DNA of 64,000 bases, taken from positions 13,630 to 77,629 of the forward strand of contig JBIJCF010000009.1 in assembly GCA_044344795.1 (NCBI GenBank). Reading direction: 5' to 3'. This document shows, piece after piece, positions 20,512 to 30,414 of this stretch. Every line of letters starts with the position of its first letter. Positions within the stretch are counted from its first letter, which is position 1. This DNA comes from Bacteroidia bacterium. Lineage in GTDB: Bacteria; Bacteroidota; Bacteroidia; Palsa-965. The notes beneath the pieces are model-generated. The model had not been told where the DNA came from, did not search any database, and saw nothing but the letters and a program-made list of their open reading frames with translations. The position numbers were made by a program, and so were the translations under genes.

Positions 20512-21534
20512 ATGTCCAAAGTATCCATGGCCGGAATTGCCCAGCAACTCGGAGTGTCCCGAACGCTGGTTTCTCTTGTTCTCAACGGTAAAGGTGATCA
20601 GTTCGGTATCAGCAAAGCCACGCAACAAGCAGTAATTGATTTAGCCCAAAAGCTCGACTATCAGCCCAATTCTTTGGCGCGCACACTGCGCACGGGGAAA
20701 TCGACGATACTCGGTTTAATCGTTTCGGACATTGCCAATCCGTTTTATTCCCGCATGGCGCGTACTATCGAAGATATTGCTTGGAAAGAAGGGTACAAGC
20801 TGATGGTGTGTTCTGCGGACGAAGATCCGGTGAAGGAAGTGCAACTGTTTCAGATGTTGCGTCAGAGTTTAAATGCTGAAGGTATCATTGTAAGTTCGGG
20901 ATTGACCGACGCACAACCTTACCAGACGAGTATGGATAAGGATTTTCCGCTGGTATTTATTGATCGTATGTTGTCTGGCGTTGAAGGACGAAGTGTGATC
21001 CTTGATAATTATCGTGGCGCAGAACGTGCAACAGAATATTTGATTGAATCGGGGAAAAAGCGTGTGGCCTTAATTACGCTTGGTCCTTCGCATTTGAGTT
21101 CCATCAATGATCGCAGAAAAGGGTATGAAGCGGCATTGCTCAAAAAAGGTTTTCAGGTTAATCCGGATTTGATTGTGGAAGCTTCATTCGACAACCTCGA
21201 AAAAGATACGGTTGCAGCAGTAACCAAATTGATGAAGAGCGAATATAAGCCCGATGCTATTTTCGCTGCTAATAATCGCGTTGGATTAGTGGTGATTGAA
21301 ACGTTGACCGCATTAGGTAAGAAGATTCCGAAGGACGTTGCGCTTATTTGTTTTGACGATATCGAAGCCTTCCGCGTGTGTTCTCCACCTGTTACTGCAG
21401 TGGAACAACCGGTAGAAGATTTGAGTCGCCACGCTATTGAGAAACTATTGACGATTATCAACAAGACGGAGACGGGAAGTAATAGCGATGCGGGAACATT
21501 ATCGCCGCGATTGATCGTCCGGCAGTCGGTGTAA
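20512..21534 (+). CDS. LacI-family transcriptional regulator
   Basis: N-terminal HTH MSKVSMAGIAQQLGVSRTLVSLVLNG. Periplasmic-binding-protein-like sugar-binding core (ILGLIVSDIANPFY..., FDDIEAF). ATG at 20512 is preferred over the upstream TTG. Confidence 0.85.
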   Translation: MSKVSMAGIAQQLGVSRTLVSLVLNGKGDQFGISKATQQAVIDLAQKLDYQPNSLARTLRTGKSTILGLIVSDIANPFYSRMARTIEDIAWKEGYKLMVCSADEDPVKEVQLFQMLRQSLNAEGIIVSSGLTDAQPYQTSMDKDFPLVFIDRMLSGVEGRSVILDNYRGAERATEYLIESGKKRVALITLGPSHLSSINDRRKGYEAALLKKGFQVNPDLIVEASFDNLEKDTVAAVTKLMKSEYKPDAIFAANNRVGLVVIETLTALGKKIPKDVALICFDDIEAFRVCSPPVTAVEQPVEDLSRHAIEKLLTIINKTETGSNSDAGTLSPRLIVRQSV

Positions 21535-21612
21535 GTACTTTTGTATTTGCATTAACATAATTGTAACGCAGTTGTGCTTTGTCACAATGTTCTAATGATG
21601 TATATTTGACCA

Positions 21613-21867
21613 ATGGCACGTATTACCGGAAATAAATTCATGGACTCCATCGCTACCCGGTTCGAAGATCAGGCCTTTGGTGTTTGCGAATGGTGGGGTA
21701 AGAAATTAGGCATTGGTACAACACGAATTCGCATGTATTTCGTGTACTTGTCATTCTTCACTTTTGGTTCTCCGGTGATTATGTATTTCGTCATGGCGTT
21801 TATTCTAGAGCACAAGGAATACTTCAAGCTCAAACGAAATCGTAAAGACCGTATCTGGGATCTTTAA
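21613..21867 (+). CDS. PspC-domain small membrane protein
   Basis: 84 aa. GVCEWWGKKLGIGTTRIRMYFVYLSFFTFGSPVIMYFV matches the PspC-domain pattern (xGVCxG...G....R..F). Confidence 0.55.
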   Translation: MARITGNKFMDSIATRFEDQAFGVCEWWGKKLGIGTTRIRMYFVYLSFFTFGSPVIMYFVMAFILEHKEYFKLKRNRKDRIWDL

Positions 21868-22385
21868 TTTTTATCTTCATCATTCCACATCCAGCCGGTT
21901 CGCAATTGAATCGTAACTCCGCTGTACATGAAGTCCGGATCCCAATGGAGTAATCCTCGTATGCTAATTCCATTCCCGCGATAATAAACTCCTGTTTCTA
22001 TAGCACCTTCAATGCCGTAAGAATAATTGTGCAACGCGAGATGATCTACGCGCGATTCAGTCGCACCAACAGCGATAGACGGCATTACATAATAATGGCG
22101 TTGGTTGAATTGATAACCGTAATAAACACCATCAAACACATAACGATTAGCGCGCACAAAAATTTGCAAATCGCTGAAGACGGCATGACGAAAACCGAGC
22201 GTGTGACTATTAAACATTCCCTGAAATCCTAATCCTGTTCCGAACGGAAATTTTGTTCCCGGCGCGCTGTTGTCTCCCAATTCTACATGTGCTGTAAATC
22301 CCCGCGAATAGTAGCTCGGTGGAAGTTTCGCATACAAGAAGTGCGATGAAAGTAAAAAAGTCACTAGCAACAAACGCAGATACAT
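21864..22385 (-). CDS. Hypothetical secreted/outer-membrane beta-rich protein
   Basis: 173 aa. Signal peptide MYLRLLLVTFLLSSHFLYA. Aromatic-rich alternating pattern and C-terminal aromatic residue typical of small beta-barrel outer membrane proteins. Overlaps the PspC gene stop by 4 bp. Confidence 0.45.
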   Translation of the reverse strand: MYLRLLLVTFLLSSHFLYAKLPPSYYSRGFTAHVELGDNSAPGTKFPFGTGLGFQGMFNSHTLGFRHAVFSDLQIFVRANRYVFDGVYYGYQFNQRHYYVMPSIAVGATESRVDHLALHNYSYGIEGAIETGVYYRGNGISIRGLLHWDPDFMYSGVTIQLRTGWMWNDEDKN

Positions 22386-22529
22386 GCTAACGAAAGTAAA
22401 GCGTATTTCATTTGCGCGATATGATGAGCGTCATGTAACGTAAATTATAGGGTGTCGATCTCAGCGACGTCACACACCACATTTCAATTACTCCGCCTTA
22501 ATTCGTAACATTGAAAACGAAATCTACTC

Positions 22530-23465
22530 ATGAAAAAAATACTCATCACCGGTTCTAACGGCCTGCTCGGACAAAAACTAATCGCCACATTAGTGCAACG
22601 TAACGCCATTTCTCCAACATGGCTAATACATGCAACATCCAAAGGCGATAATCGCTACACACAAACAGCAGGATACTCCTATCACGCGCTTGATATTACG
22701 AACGAAGCAGAAGTGCTGAACATTATCGCTCGCATACAGCCCGATGTCATCGTCAACACCGCGGCAATGACCAACGTGGATCAGTGTGAGAGCGAACGCG
22801 ACGGTGCTTTGCAACTCAATGTGAAAGCGGTTGAATATTTAATAAGCGCGATTAATAAATTGCCTGAAAGTGAACAACGAAAATTGATACATCTTTCTAC
22901 CGATTTTGTTTTCGACGGAGAAAACGGTCCGTACCGTGAAGAAGATGTTCCGAATCCGTTGAGTTATTATGCGGAAACAAAACTTCAGGCAGAAGAACTC
23001 GTGAAGCAATGCGCGTTCTCATGGGCGATTGTGCGCACTATTATCGTTTATGGTATTGCTGATGCCATGAGTAGATCCAATATTGTCCTTTGGGCAAAAG
23101 ATGCTTTATCAAAAGGACAGACGATGAATATCGTCGATGATCAATTCCGTTCACCAACATTGGCGGAAGACTTGGCAGAAGGTTGTGTGCTCATTGCAGA
23201 AAAGAAAGCAACGGGTATTTATCACATCTCCGGAAAAGATTTTATGAGTGTGCTGGAACTGGTGCAGCGAGTGGCGCGTTTCTGGAAGCTGGACGAATCA
23301 TTGATTACACCGTCAAAATCAGCCACCATCAAACAACCTGCTAAACGTCCGCCGCGCACCGGTTTTATACTTGATAAAGCTATCCGTGATTTGAACTATC
23401 AACCGCATTCCTTCGAAGAAGGTTTGGCAGTGCTGGATGCGCAATTGAAAAGTCGAAATTTGTAA
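22530..23465 (+). CDS. dTDP-4-dehydrorhamnose reductase-like SDR (RmlD family)
   Basis: Rossmann motif ILITGSNGLLGQKL. RmlD-type STDFVFDG motif. 311 aa. Confidence 0.7.
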   Translation: MKKILITGSNGLLGQKLIATLVQRNAISPTWLIHATSKGDNRYTQTAGYSYHALDITNEAEVLNIIARIQPDVIVNTAAMTNVDQCESERDGALQLNVKAVEYLISAINKLPESEQRKLIHLSTDFVFDGENGPYREEDVPNPLSYYAETKLQAEELVKQCAFSWAIVRTIIVYGIADAMSRSNIVLWAKDALSKGQTMNIVDDQFRSPTLAEDLAEGCVLIAEKKATGIYHISGKDFMSVLELVQRVARFWKLDESLITPSKSATIKQPAKRPPRTGFILDKAIRDLNYQPHSFEEGLAVLDAQLKSRNL

Positions 23466-23495
23466 ACATCTACAACGATTAACTGTTGTTACTGC

Positions 23496-23945
23496 ATGAA
23501 TAATTCGTCCTCTGCCGATTTCGAAAATCCGATTGATCCCGACAAAGTAGCTGAACATCCGGGATTGTTGCCGTATGCGCATCATGTGGGAAGTGCTATT
23601 ATCAAGCCTATTGATAAGGGACGCACGAAAGGATTGGCGATGTCGGCGATGTACGAACAAACCAATCGACAGCTGGATCAAATTCGTAAGCAAGTAGAAT
23701 TGTTGATGCAGCAAGCAAAAGGCATTCACGATCGTGTCGAATTATCTGAGCGCATGTATCAGGCGGATATGAATTTCAAACCGCTGATTGGGCATACGTA
23801 TCATTTGTACAATACTAAATCAGGCAAGGATGTTTTGTCGATGGTAGCTCCGGACGAATGGGGAAATTCCTGCCCGTATGAATTTGTGTGTACGATGACG
23901 TTATTGTCGGATCATACATGGGAAATTGTGAAGAGCGCGGATTAA
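23496..23945 (+). CDS. Hypothetical protein
   Basis: 149-aa ORF with no recognizable motif. Position and orientation are consistent with a real gene (no overlap; convergent with the alkylation-repair gene). Confidence 0.4.
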   Translation: MNNSSSADFENPIDPDKVAEHPGLLPYAHHVGSAIIKPIDKGRTKGLAMSAMYEQTNRQLDQIRKQVELLMQQAKGIHDRVELSERMYQADMNFKPLIGHTYHLYNTKSGKDVLSMVAPDEWGNSCPYEFVCTMTLLSDHTWEIVKSAD

Positions 23946-23949
23946 GCAA

Positions 23950-24624
23950 CTACAAATTCTTCAACGCTTCTTTTTTCGATAACGCGGATAAATCATGCGT
24001 TTGTATAAAGTTTTTCACGAAGTGAGCATCCGTTCTGACATATTGACGCAGCACCCAGCCGATAGCTTTACGAATAAAAAAATCAGGATGGTATTGCAAG
24101 CGCACAATCAGCGACTCTAATAACTGCACGTTCGTTTGATGCTTGTAATTCAATTGAAACAGCAACGCACTGCGCATCAGCCACATATTTCCCGATTGCA
24201 TCCACGACTCAACACGCAACGGAATTTCTTCCGGAAACTTCTGAAAGTAAACTCCTGCACCGCGGGAAGCCACCAAATCTACCGTGTCCCACCAGGAACG
24301 TTCACTAATCATGAGTTCCAGCATCGCGATGTCTTTACGCTGTAATTTTTTCGAGAGTTGTATCATCGTGTCCATTCCTACGTATTGCATTTCACGCATG
24401 GGATGTTGCCAGCACAATTCAATAAACTCGGGTAAATCCTCAATGTTTAATCGATCGGCACCATTCCAATAGTCACGCACTAGTGCTTTACGCTCGGGTG
24501 CGGTGAGTCCGAAAAATTCAAATTGATTACGCATATATGCTTTCGCACCTTCCGCTCGTTTGGTGTCAGCGTTCGATTCAAAAATGTGCACAATGGCTTT
24601 ATAATGTTTTTGCGCAGCACTCAT
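23950..24624 (-). CDS. DNA alkylation repair enzyme (AlkD/AlkC-like HEAT-repeat glycosylase family)
   Basis: 224 aa, all-helical. Family-typical blocks (KAYMRNQFEFFGL, WWDTVD, IRKAIGWVLRQY). Confidence 0.65.
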   Translation of the reverse strand: MSAAQKHYKAIVHIFESNADTKRAEGAKAYMRNQFEFFGLTAPERKALVRDYWNGADRLNIEDLPEFIELCWQHPMREMQYVGMDTMIQLSKKLQRKDIAMLELMISERSWWDTVDLVASRGAGVYFQKFPEEIPLRVESWMQSGNMWLMRSALLFQLNYKHQTNVQLLESLIVRLQYHPDFFIRKAIGWVLRQYVRTDAHFVKNFIQTHDLSALSKKEALKNL

Positions 24625-24627
24625 CGC

Positions 24628-25905
24628 TCATCCGTTCAACAACATTTCTTGTCCAATGTAAACTAGGGCACCGGATAAAAAACCGAGTAATGCCGGGAAT
24701 GAAATTTTTCGCAAATACCAAATAAAACTGATCTTCTCAATGCCCATAATGGCAACACCTGCAGCAGATCCGATAATTAATACACTTCCACCTGTGCCCG
24801 CACAATATGCCATAATTTCCCACAGATGATGATCCGTAGGATATTCGGTCAATGAGTACATACCTTGAGCTGCTGCTACCAACGGAACGTTATCAATTAC
24901 TGCAGAAGCCAGTCCGATAACAATCGCAATCAAATCAATGTTGCCAATCATGTTATTCATTTCTTCCGCTAAATGATGCAACACTCCTGTTCCTTCCAAA
25001 GCGCCAATCGCTAGAAGAATTCCGAGGAAAAATAAAATGCTTGGGGTATCCACACGCTGCAAAGCACCGGCAACAGAGAGTTCTGTTTTATGCTCGTCGT
25101 TCTTTTGTTTATGGATGATTTCAGTAACGATCCACAACAATCCAACACCAAGTAAAATGCCCATAAATGGAGGCAAATGCGTCAACGATTTAAAAATGGG
25201 TACGAAGATGAGAACGCCTGTTCCGAAAATGAAAACTGTATTACGTTCCGCTTCAGAGGTTTTTACTTTGTTGCGTCCACCTCCATTTTCCAACGAAGTA
25301 CGCTGTACGGTGCCTTTCAGTTTTACCCACATCCACAACACCGGCACCAGCAAACAAACCAGCGACGGCAAAAATAAACTGGTAATAATATTACCCGCCG
25401 TAATTTGATTTCCTACCCACAGCATGGTTGTAGTAACATCACCAATAGGAGAAAAAACTCCGCCGGCATTAGCCGCAATTACTACCGCGCCACCAAAAAA
25501 CATACGATCGTTTTTGTCTTCCGTCAGTTTTCTGATCAACGTGATCATTACGATAGCGGTAGTGAGGTTGTCGAGCACAGCAGAAAGCACAAATGAGATC
25601 ACACTGATTATAATGATCAATTTACGTTTGTTCGTGGTCGTAATTCTTCCCGTAATCACTTCAAACCCGTCGTGTGCGTCAATAAGTTCAACAGTGGTCA
25701 TTGCCCCTAATAGGAAAAATAAAATTCCGGCAAGGCCGCCCAACTGTTCACCCAAAAACGAATTCACGAATTCAGGATCGCCGGTTAATATCCACGCCGT
25801 CCAGCACAAAACACCCGTAACCAAAGCCGAAGCCGTCTTGTTTAACTTCAACGGATGTTCGAAAATGATGGCCAGATAACCCAGTATAAACAGTATTGTA
25901 ACCAT
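24628..25905 (-). CDS. NhaD/ArsB-superfamily Na+/H+ antiporter
   Basis: About 425 aa polytopic membrane protein. N-terminal motif LGYLAIIFEHPLKLNKTASALVTGVLCW is typical of NhaD. Start could be at 25920 instead. Confidence 0.7.
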   Translation of the reverse strand: MVTILFILGYLAIIFEHPLKLNKTASALVTGVLCWTAWILTGDPEFVNSFLGEQLGGLAGILFFLLGAMTTVELIDAHDGFEVITGRITTTNKRKLIIIISVISFVLSAVLDNLTTAIVMITLIRKLTEDKNDRMFFGGAVVIAANAGGVFSPIGDVTTTMLWVGNQITAGNIITSLFLPSLVCLLVPVLWMWVKLKGTVQRTSLENGGGRNKVKTSEAERNTVFIFGTGVLIFVPIFKSLTHLPPFMGILLGVGLLWIVTEIIHKQKNDEHKTELSVAGALQRVDTPSILFFLGILLAIGALEGTGVLHHLAEEMNNMIGNIDLIAIVIGLASAVIDNVPLVAAAQGMYSLTEYPTDHHLWEIMAYCAGTGGSVLIIGSAAGVAIMGIEKISFIWYLRKISFPALLGFLSGALVYIGQEMLLNG

Positions 25906-26024
25906 GCTGCAAAAATACATTACACGTTTGGGATTCTTGGCTATATTTGGGATTCGTTATCAGAAACTAAACATACCATATGTCTATTTGGAGAGTTAAA
26001 CCTGTATCTGCTTTTGAAGCAGAC

Positions 26025-27449
26025 ATGAAGAAAAGTGACCTCAAGCGCGTATTGACTAAATGGGGTCTTACGTCGTTGGGGATTGGTGCAATTATCGGCG
26101 GAGGTATTTTTACCCTTACCGGAATTGCCGCACATGATTACGCAGGACCCGCGCTTGCGTTGTCATTTGTAATTGCCGGCATCGGATGTTTGTTTGCTTC
26201 ATTGTGTTATGCAGAATTCGCTTCGGTTCTTCCGGTTGAAGGTTCTGCTTATGCTTATGCTTACGGAACTGTAGGCGAGTTGTTCGCTTGGTTTATTGGC
26301 TGGAATTTAATTCTAGAATATATGATGGGTGCAACAACTGTAGCCGTAGCCTGGAGTGGTTACTTCGTCAAGCTGTTACATCTGTTTCACATTGACTTTC
26401 CGATATGGCTTTGTAATGATATGGCAACAGCCACAGCCAAGTATGCAGAACTCGGGCAAGCTGCGCCGTCCTTTGCTTTTAACCTTCCTGCATTTTTAAT
26501 TACGTGGTTGGTTACTGCAATTCTCGTAAAAGGAATCAAGGAAGCTGCAAGTACTAATAACATCATTGTAATCATCAAAATTGCAGTTGTTCTTTTCGTA
26601 ATTATCGCAGGTGCTTTCTTTATTGATACGGAGAACTGGACACCATTCATCCCTGATGAAATACATACAACTGTTGATGGAAAAGACACCGTGCAATTTG
26701 GATTTGGTGGTGTACTAACCGCTGCTACAATTGTCTTCTTCGCATATATAGGATTTGATGCTGTATCCACACAAGCCGGAGAAGCTATCAATCCTAAGAA
26801 AGATGTTCCTTTCGCGATTGTAATGTCACTGGTTATTTGTACTGTTCTTTATATTTTGGTTTCTCTTGTTCTTACAGGAATGGTTCCTTATCAGCAATTG
26901 GATTTGGCAGCTCCTGTGGCTTCTGCGTTTGACGGAGTCGGAATTAAGTGGGCGGTGTTCCTTATCACTATTGCGGCAACTGCCGGTCTTACTTCTGTAA
27001 TGCTTGTAATGATGCTCGGTCAGACCCGTATTTTCTTAGGTATGGCAAAAGACGGTCTCTTACCGTTTAAGATGTTCGGTGATCTTCACCCGAAGTTTAA
27101 AACTCCATTCCGTAGCACCATTTTGGTAGGAGGAGTTATTTCTCTTGTCGCAGCATTAACACCGATTAGTCGCGTTTCAGAAATGTGCAGTATGGGAACT
27201 TTGTTGGCATTCAGTATGGTTTGCGTAGCGGTAATGATACTGCGTTATAAGAAGCCGGAATTGGAGCGTCCTTATAAAACACCTGCAGTGTATCTAGTAG
27301 GGACTTTGGGAGTAGCATTTAACCTATTCCTCATGTACTTCGTTCGTGCAGAGACTTGGGTTGCCTTCTTAATTTGGGGAACTATCGGTATAGCAGTGTA
27401 TTTTATTTACAGTAGAAGACACAGCAAACTCAACGTGCCTAACCAATAA
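26025..27449 (+). CDS. APC-family amino acid permease (cationic amino acid transporter-like)
   Basis: N-terminus KRVLTKWGLTSLGIGAIIGGGIFTLTG is the APC signature region. 12+ TM segments. An alternative start at 25980 is possible. Confidence 0.8.
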   Translation: MKKSDLKRVLTKWGLTSLGIGAIIGGGIFTLTGIAAHDYAGPALALSFVIAGIGCLFASLCYAEFASVLPVEGSAYAYAYGTVGELFAWFIGWNLILEYMMGATTVAVAWSGYFVKLLHLFHIDFPIWLCNDMATATAKYAELGQAAPSFAFNLPAFLITWLVTAILVKGIKEAASTNNIIVIIKIAVVLFVIIAGAFFIDTENWTPFIPDEIHTTVDGKDTVQFGFGGVLTAATIVFFAYIGFDAVSTQAGEAINPKKDVPFAIVMSLVICTVLYILVSLVLTGMVPYQQLDLAAPVASAFDGVGIKWAVFLITIAATAGLTSVMLVMMLGQTRIFLGMAKDGLLPFKMFGDLHPKFKTPFRSTILVGGVISLVAALTPISRVSEMCSMGTLLAFSMVCVAVMILRYKKPELERPYKTPAVYLVGTLGVAFNLFLMYFVRAETWVAFLIWGTIGIAVYFIYSRRHSKLNVPNQ

Positions 27450-27455
27450 ATATTC

Positions 27456-27479
27456 GGGCGGGATATCCCGCCCTTTTTT
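27456..27479 (+). terminator. Rho-independent terminator between the two permease genes
   Basis: gggcggg-atat-cccgccc followed by tttttt. Ends directly at the ATG (27480) of the next permease. Confidence 0.8.
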
Positions 27480-28928
27480 ATGTCCACATTCAAACGTAAA
27501 CTCGGACTACTCGATGCTACTTCTGTAGTAGCCGGCTCTATGATCGGCTCCGGAATTTTTTTGGTGAGTAGTGCCATGGCTCGCGACTTGGGCTCATCGG
27601 GTTGGCTGTTGTTGGCTTGGATTCTTACAGGCATTATCACTATGGCGGCTGCACTCAGCTATGGCGAATTGGCGGGAATGATGCCGGAAGCAGGTGGACA
27701 ATACGTTTACATCCGTCGCGCCTGGGGAAAACTTCCGGCGTTCCTTTACGGTTGGAGTGTGTTCTCTGTAATTCAAACGGGTGTTATCGCTGCGGTAGCA
27801 ACTGCTTTTGCCAATTACACATCCGAGTTATTGCCCAACTTAGGCTTAGGACAAGTGCTGTTGTCTGTTGGAGCTGTGGATATTACCGCCGGAAGATTAG
27901 TTGCGGTAGGTTCAATAGTATTTCTTACTTGGCTCAATAGTCGCGGTGTTGAAGGCGGCTCATGGATTCAGAAAATTTTCACATCTGCAAAATTGCTGGC
28001 GCTGTTTGCATTAATCATTTTCGGTTTAGCGATTGGAATTGGCAGCCCAACGTGTAATGCGAATTTTACTGATATGTGGGATGCCAAGCGTTGGCTAGTT
28101 GATGATAACGGAGTGGGATCGTGGAATGAGATTTATGGTTGGGTATTAGTTGCGGTGTTCGGTATGACCATGATTAATTCATTATTCTCTAGTGATGCAT
28201 GGAATAATGTTACGTACATCGCCGGTGAAATAAAAGATCCGCAACGCAACATTCCGCGAAGCTTAATTCTAGGAACAACTATCGTAACGTTGTTGTATTG
28301 TTTGGCCAATCTTGCTTATCTCGCCCTATTGCCGATTAACGGAGATGTAGCAGGAGCAACAGTTGCAGAACGCGGCGTATCATTTGCTGAAATGGATCGT
28401 GTAGGTTCTGCAGCCGCAAGTGTGATGCTGGGTAACACAGCAACAGTGCTTATGGCATTACTCATCATGATATCCACATTTGGTTGTAATAACGGAATCA
28501 TACTTGCCGGTGCACGTTTGTATTACGCCATGGCGAAAGACGGCTTGTTCTTTAAAAAGGCCGGTGAGCTGAATGATAAATCGGTACCCGCAACAGGCTT
28601 ATGGATTCAGTGCATCTGGGCTTCCGTATTGTGCTTTTCGGGAACCTACAGCGATTTGCTCGTGTATTCAACATTTGCATCCTTGTTATTTTACATCGTG
28701 ACCATTGCGGGCTTATTTCGGTTACGAAAAACAGAACCGGGAACTGCACGACCTTACAAAGCCCTGGGTTATCCTTTTATTCCCGCATTTTATATCCTTG
28801 CTGCCGGAGCTGTTTCCTTGATTTTACTTTTCATGGATTTTGTAAATACCGGTTTAGGATTACTCATCGTACTCCTCGGCTTTCCAGTGTATATATTGAT
28901 TAATCGATCAATTAGTAAGCGCGCTTAG
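27480..28928 (+). CDS. APC-family amino acid permease (second copy, distinct subfamily)
   Basis: LLDATSVVAGSMIGSGIFLVSS signature. 12 TM segments. 482 aa. Confidence 0.8.
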   Translation: MSTFKRKLGLLDATSVVAGSMIGSGIFLVSSAMARDLGSSGWLLLAWILTGIITMAAALSYGELAGMMPEAGGQYVYIRRAWGKLPAFLYGWSVFSVIQTGVIAAVATAFANYTSELLPNLGLGQVLLSVGAVDITAGRLVAVGSIVFLTWLNSRGVEGGSWIQKIFTSAKLLALFALIIFGLAIGIGSPTCNANFTDMWDAKRWLVDDNGVGSWNEIYGWVLVAVFGMTMINSLFSSDAWNNVTYIAGEIKDPQRNIPRSLILGTTIVTLLYCLANLAYLALLPINGDVAGATVAERGVSFAEMDRVGSAAASVMLGNTATVLMALLIMISTFGCNNGIILAGARLYYAMAKDGLFFKKAGELNDKSVPATGLWIQCIWASVLCFSGTYSDLLVYSTFASLLFYIVTIAGLFRLRKTEPGTARPYKALGYPFIPAFYILAAGAVSLILLFMDFVNTGLGLLIVLLGFPVYILINRSISKRA

Positions 28929-28935
28929 TATTGCC

Positions 28936-29805
28936 ATGAAATTTATTAAACAATATTTCGGAATGACAACCGGCGAAAGAGTCGGTACATTAGTGTTGCT
29001 GTTTATAGTAATGGGTTTACTAACTATGCGATGGTTCACTAACGATAATTCGTTGAAAGAACTATTGGAACTTCCCCAATGGCAAGTGTGGAAAGCCTCG
29101 GCAAGTGCGACGGTTGAAACGAAGGACGAACCGATTTATCATCAGCAGGAATTACAGGAAAAGAAACGCGAGCTCTTCGTTTTCGATCCGAATACGATCA
29201 GCGCTGCAGAGTGGATGAAGTTAGGTTTGTCGAAAGGACAAGCATCATCCGTCATGAGGTTCAGAGAAAAAGGCGGACAATTCAAAGTGCGGGATGATGT
29301 AAAGAAGCTGTTTGTGGTGACACCGGAATTATACGAAGAGTGGAAACCATTTATTGCCTTGCCCGATGAACTGCCGAAGAAAGAATCGGTTGTTGTCAGC
29401 ACAGCTCCGAAATTGGTGGATATCAATCGCAGCGATTCAACAGATTTGGTGAAGTTGCCCGGCATAGGACCCGTATTGGCAAAACGAATGATCGCCTATC
29501 GCGAGAAACTGGGAGGCTATTCGAACAAACAACAATTACTCGAAGTGTACGGTATTGAACAGGATGCATGGACAGGATTTGAAAACCGCATCTCGGTGGA
29601 CACGAATCGCATCACAAAAATATCCATCAATACTGCTCAGGTTTCCGATTTCAAAAGACATCCTTATTTTACACCGGCCGTAGCGCAGGGAATTGTTAAC
29701 TACCGCAAGCAGCATGGGCCATTTACTACTATTGCAGGAATTAAAGGTTGCCTTTTGGTGAATGAGGAATTATACCGTAAAATTGTTCCTTACCTCACAC
29801 TCTAA
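28936..29805 (+). CDS. ComEA-like helix-hairpin-helix DNA-binding protein
   Basis: N-terminal TM anchor. Two HhH motifs (LVKLPGIGPVLAKRMIAYR and the C-terminal FTTIAGIKG region). Confidence 0.55.
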   Translation: MKFIKQYFGMTTGERVGTLVLLFIVMGLLTMRWFTNDNSLKELLELPQWQVWKASASATVETKDEPIYHQQELQEKKRELFVFDPNTISAAEWMKLGLSKGQASSVMRFREKGGQFKVRDDVKKLFVVTPELYEEWKPFIALPDELPKKESVVVSTAPKLVDINRSDSTDLVKLPGIGPVLAKRMIAYREKLGGYSNKQQLLEVYGIEQDAWTGFENRISVDTNRITKISINTAQVSDFKRHPYFTPAVAQGIVNYRKQHGPFTTIAGIKGCLLVNEELYRKIVPYLTL

Positions 29806-29810
29806 GATCA

Positions 29811-30338
29811 GTGGAAATTTTAAGAAAAGTAATTCGCAATGTTCCCGATTTTCCGAAACCGGGCATTCAGTTTAAAGATATTACAACGTTATTGCAGCAG
29901 CCCGAATTAGGAGCTGTGGTTGTTAAAGGATTTACAGATCATTTAAAAGATCAGAAAATCGACGCTGTGATTGGTATCGAAAGTCGCGGTTTTATATACG
30001 GCTATGCCGTAGCTGCCGCATTAAACGTGCCTTTTATTCCTATTCGAAAAGCCGGAAAACTGCCTGCCGAAACTGTTTCTCAGGAATACGATTTGGAATA
30101 CGGATCGGCTAAAATCGAAATTCACAAAGACGCTTTAAAGCCCGGAATGCGTGTGTTTATCCACGATGATCTGCTGGCAACCGGCGGAACAGCTGCCGCT
30201 GCCGCGATGTTGTGCAAGAAGCTGGGAGCCGAAATCGCTGCGTTCGGATTTATTGTGGAATTAGATGCATTACAGGGACGCGCCTGTTTGCTGCCGTTCT
30301 GCGATAATATTATTAGTTTGGTGAACTATAGCGACTGA
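29811..30338 (+). CDS. apt: Adenine phosphoribosyltransferase
   Basis: PRTase motif VFIHDDLLATGGTAAAA. N-terminal IRNVPDFPKPGIQFKDIT is typical of APRT. 175 aa. Confidence 0.9.
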   Translation: MEILRKVIRNVPDFPKPGIQFKDITTLLQQPELGAVVVKGFTDHLKDQKIDAVIGIESRGFIYGYAVAAALNVPFIPIRKAGKLPAETVSQEYDLEYGSAKIEIHKDALKPGMRVFIHDDLLATGGTAAAAAMLCKKLGAEIAAFGFIVELDALQGRACLLPFCDNIISLVNYSD

Positions 30339-30414
30339 TTTTTTGTTGTATATCGGGTGCTACAGGCAGCAAGTAAACCGTACTTTTGCACTCGCCCTCA
30401 AAACCGATTAATAC

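Noticed and set aside
21540-21612. Possible LacI operator palindrome (ttgtaacgcagttgtgctttgtcacaa) between the LacI gene and the PspC gene
   Set aside because: Only an imperfect inverted repeat with no match to the TGnnAnCGnTnnCA-type LacI-family operator pattern. Too weak to call.
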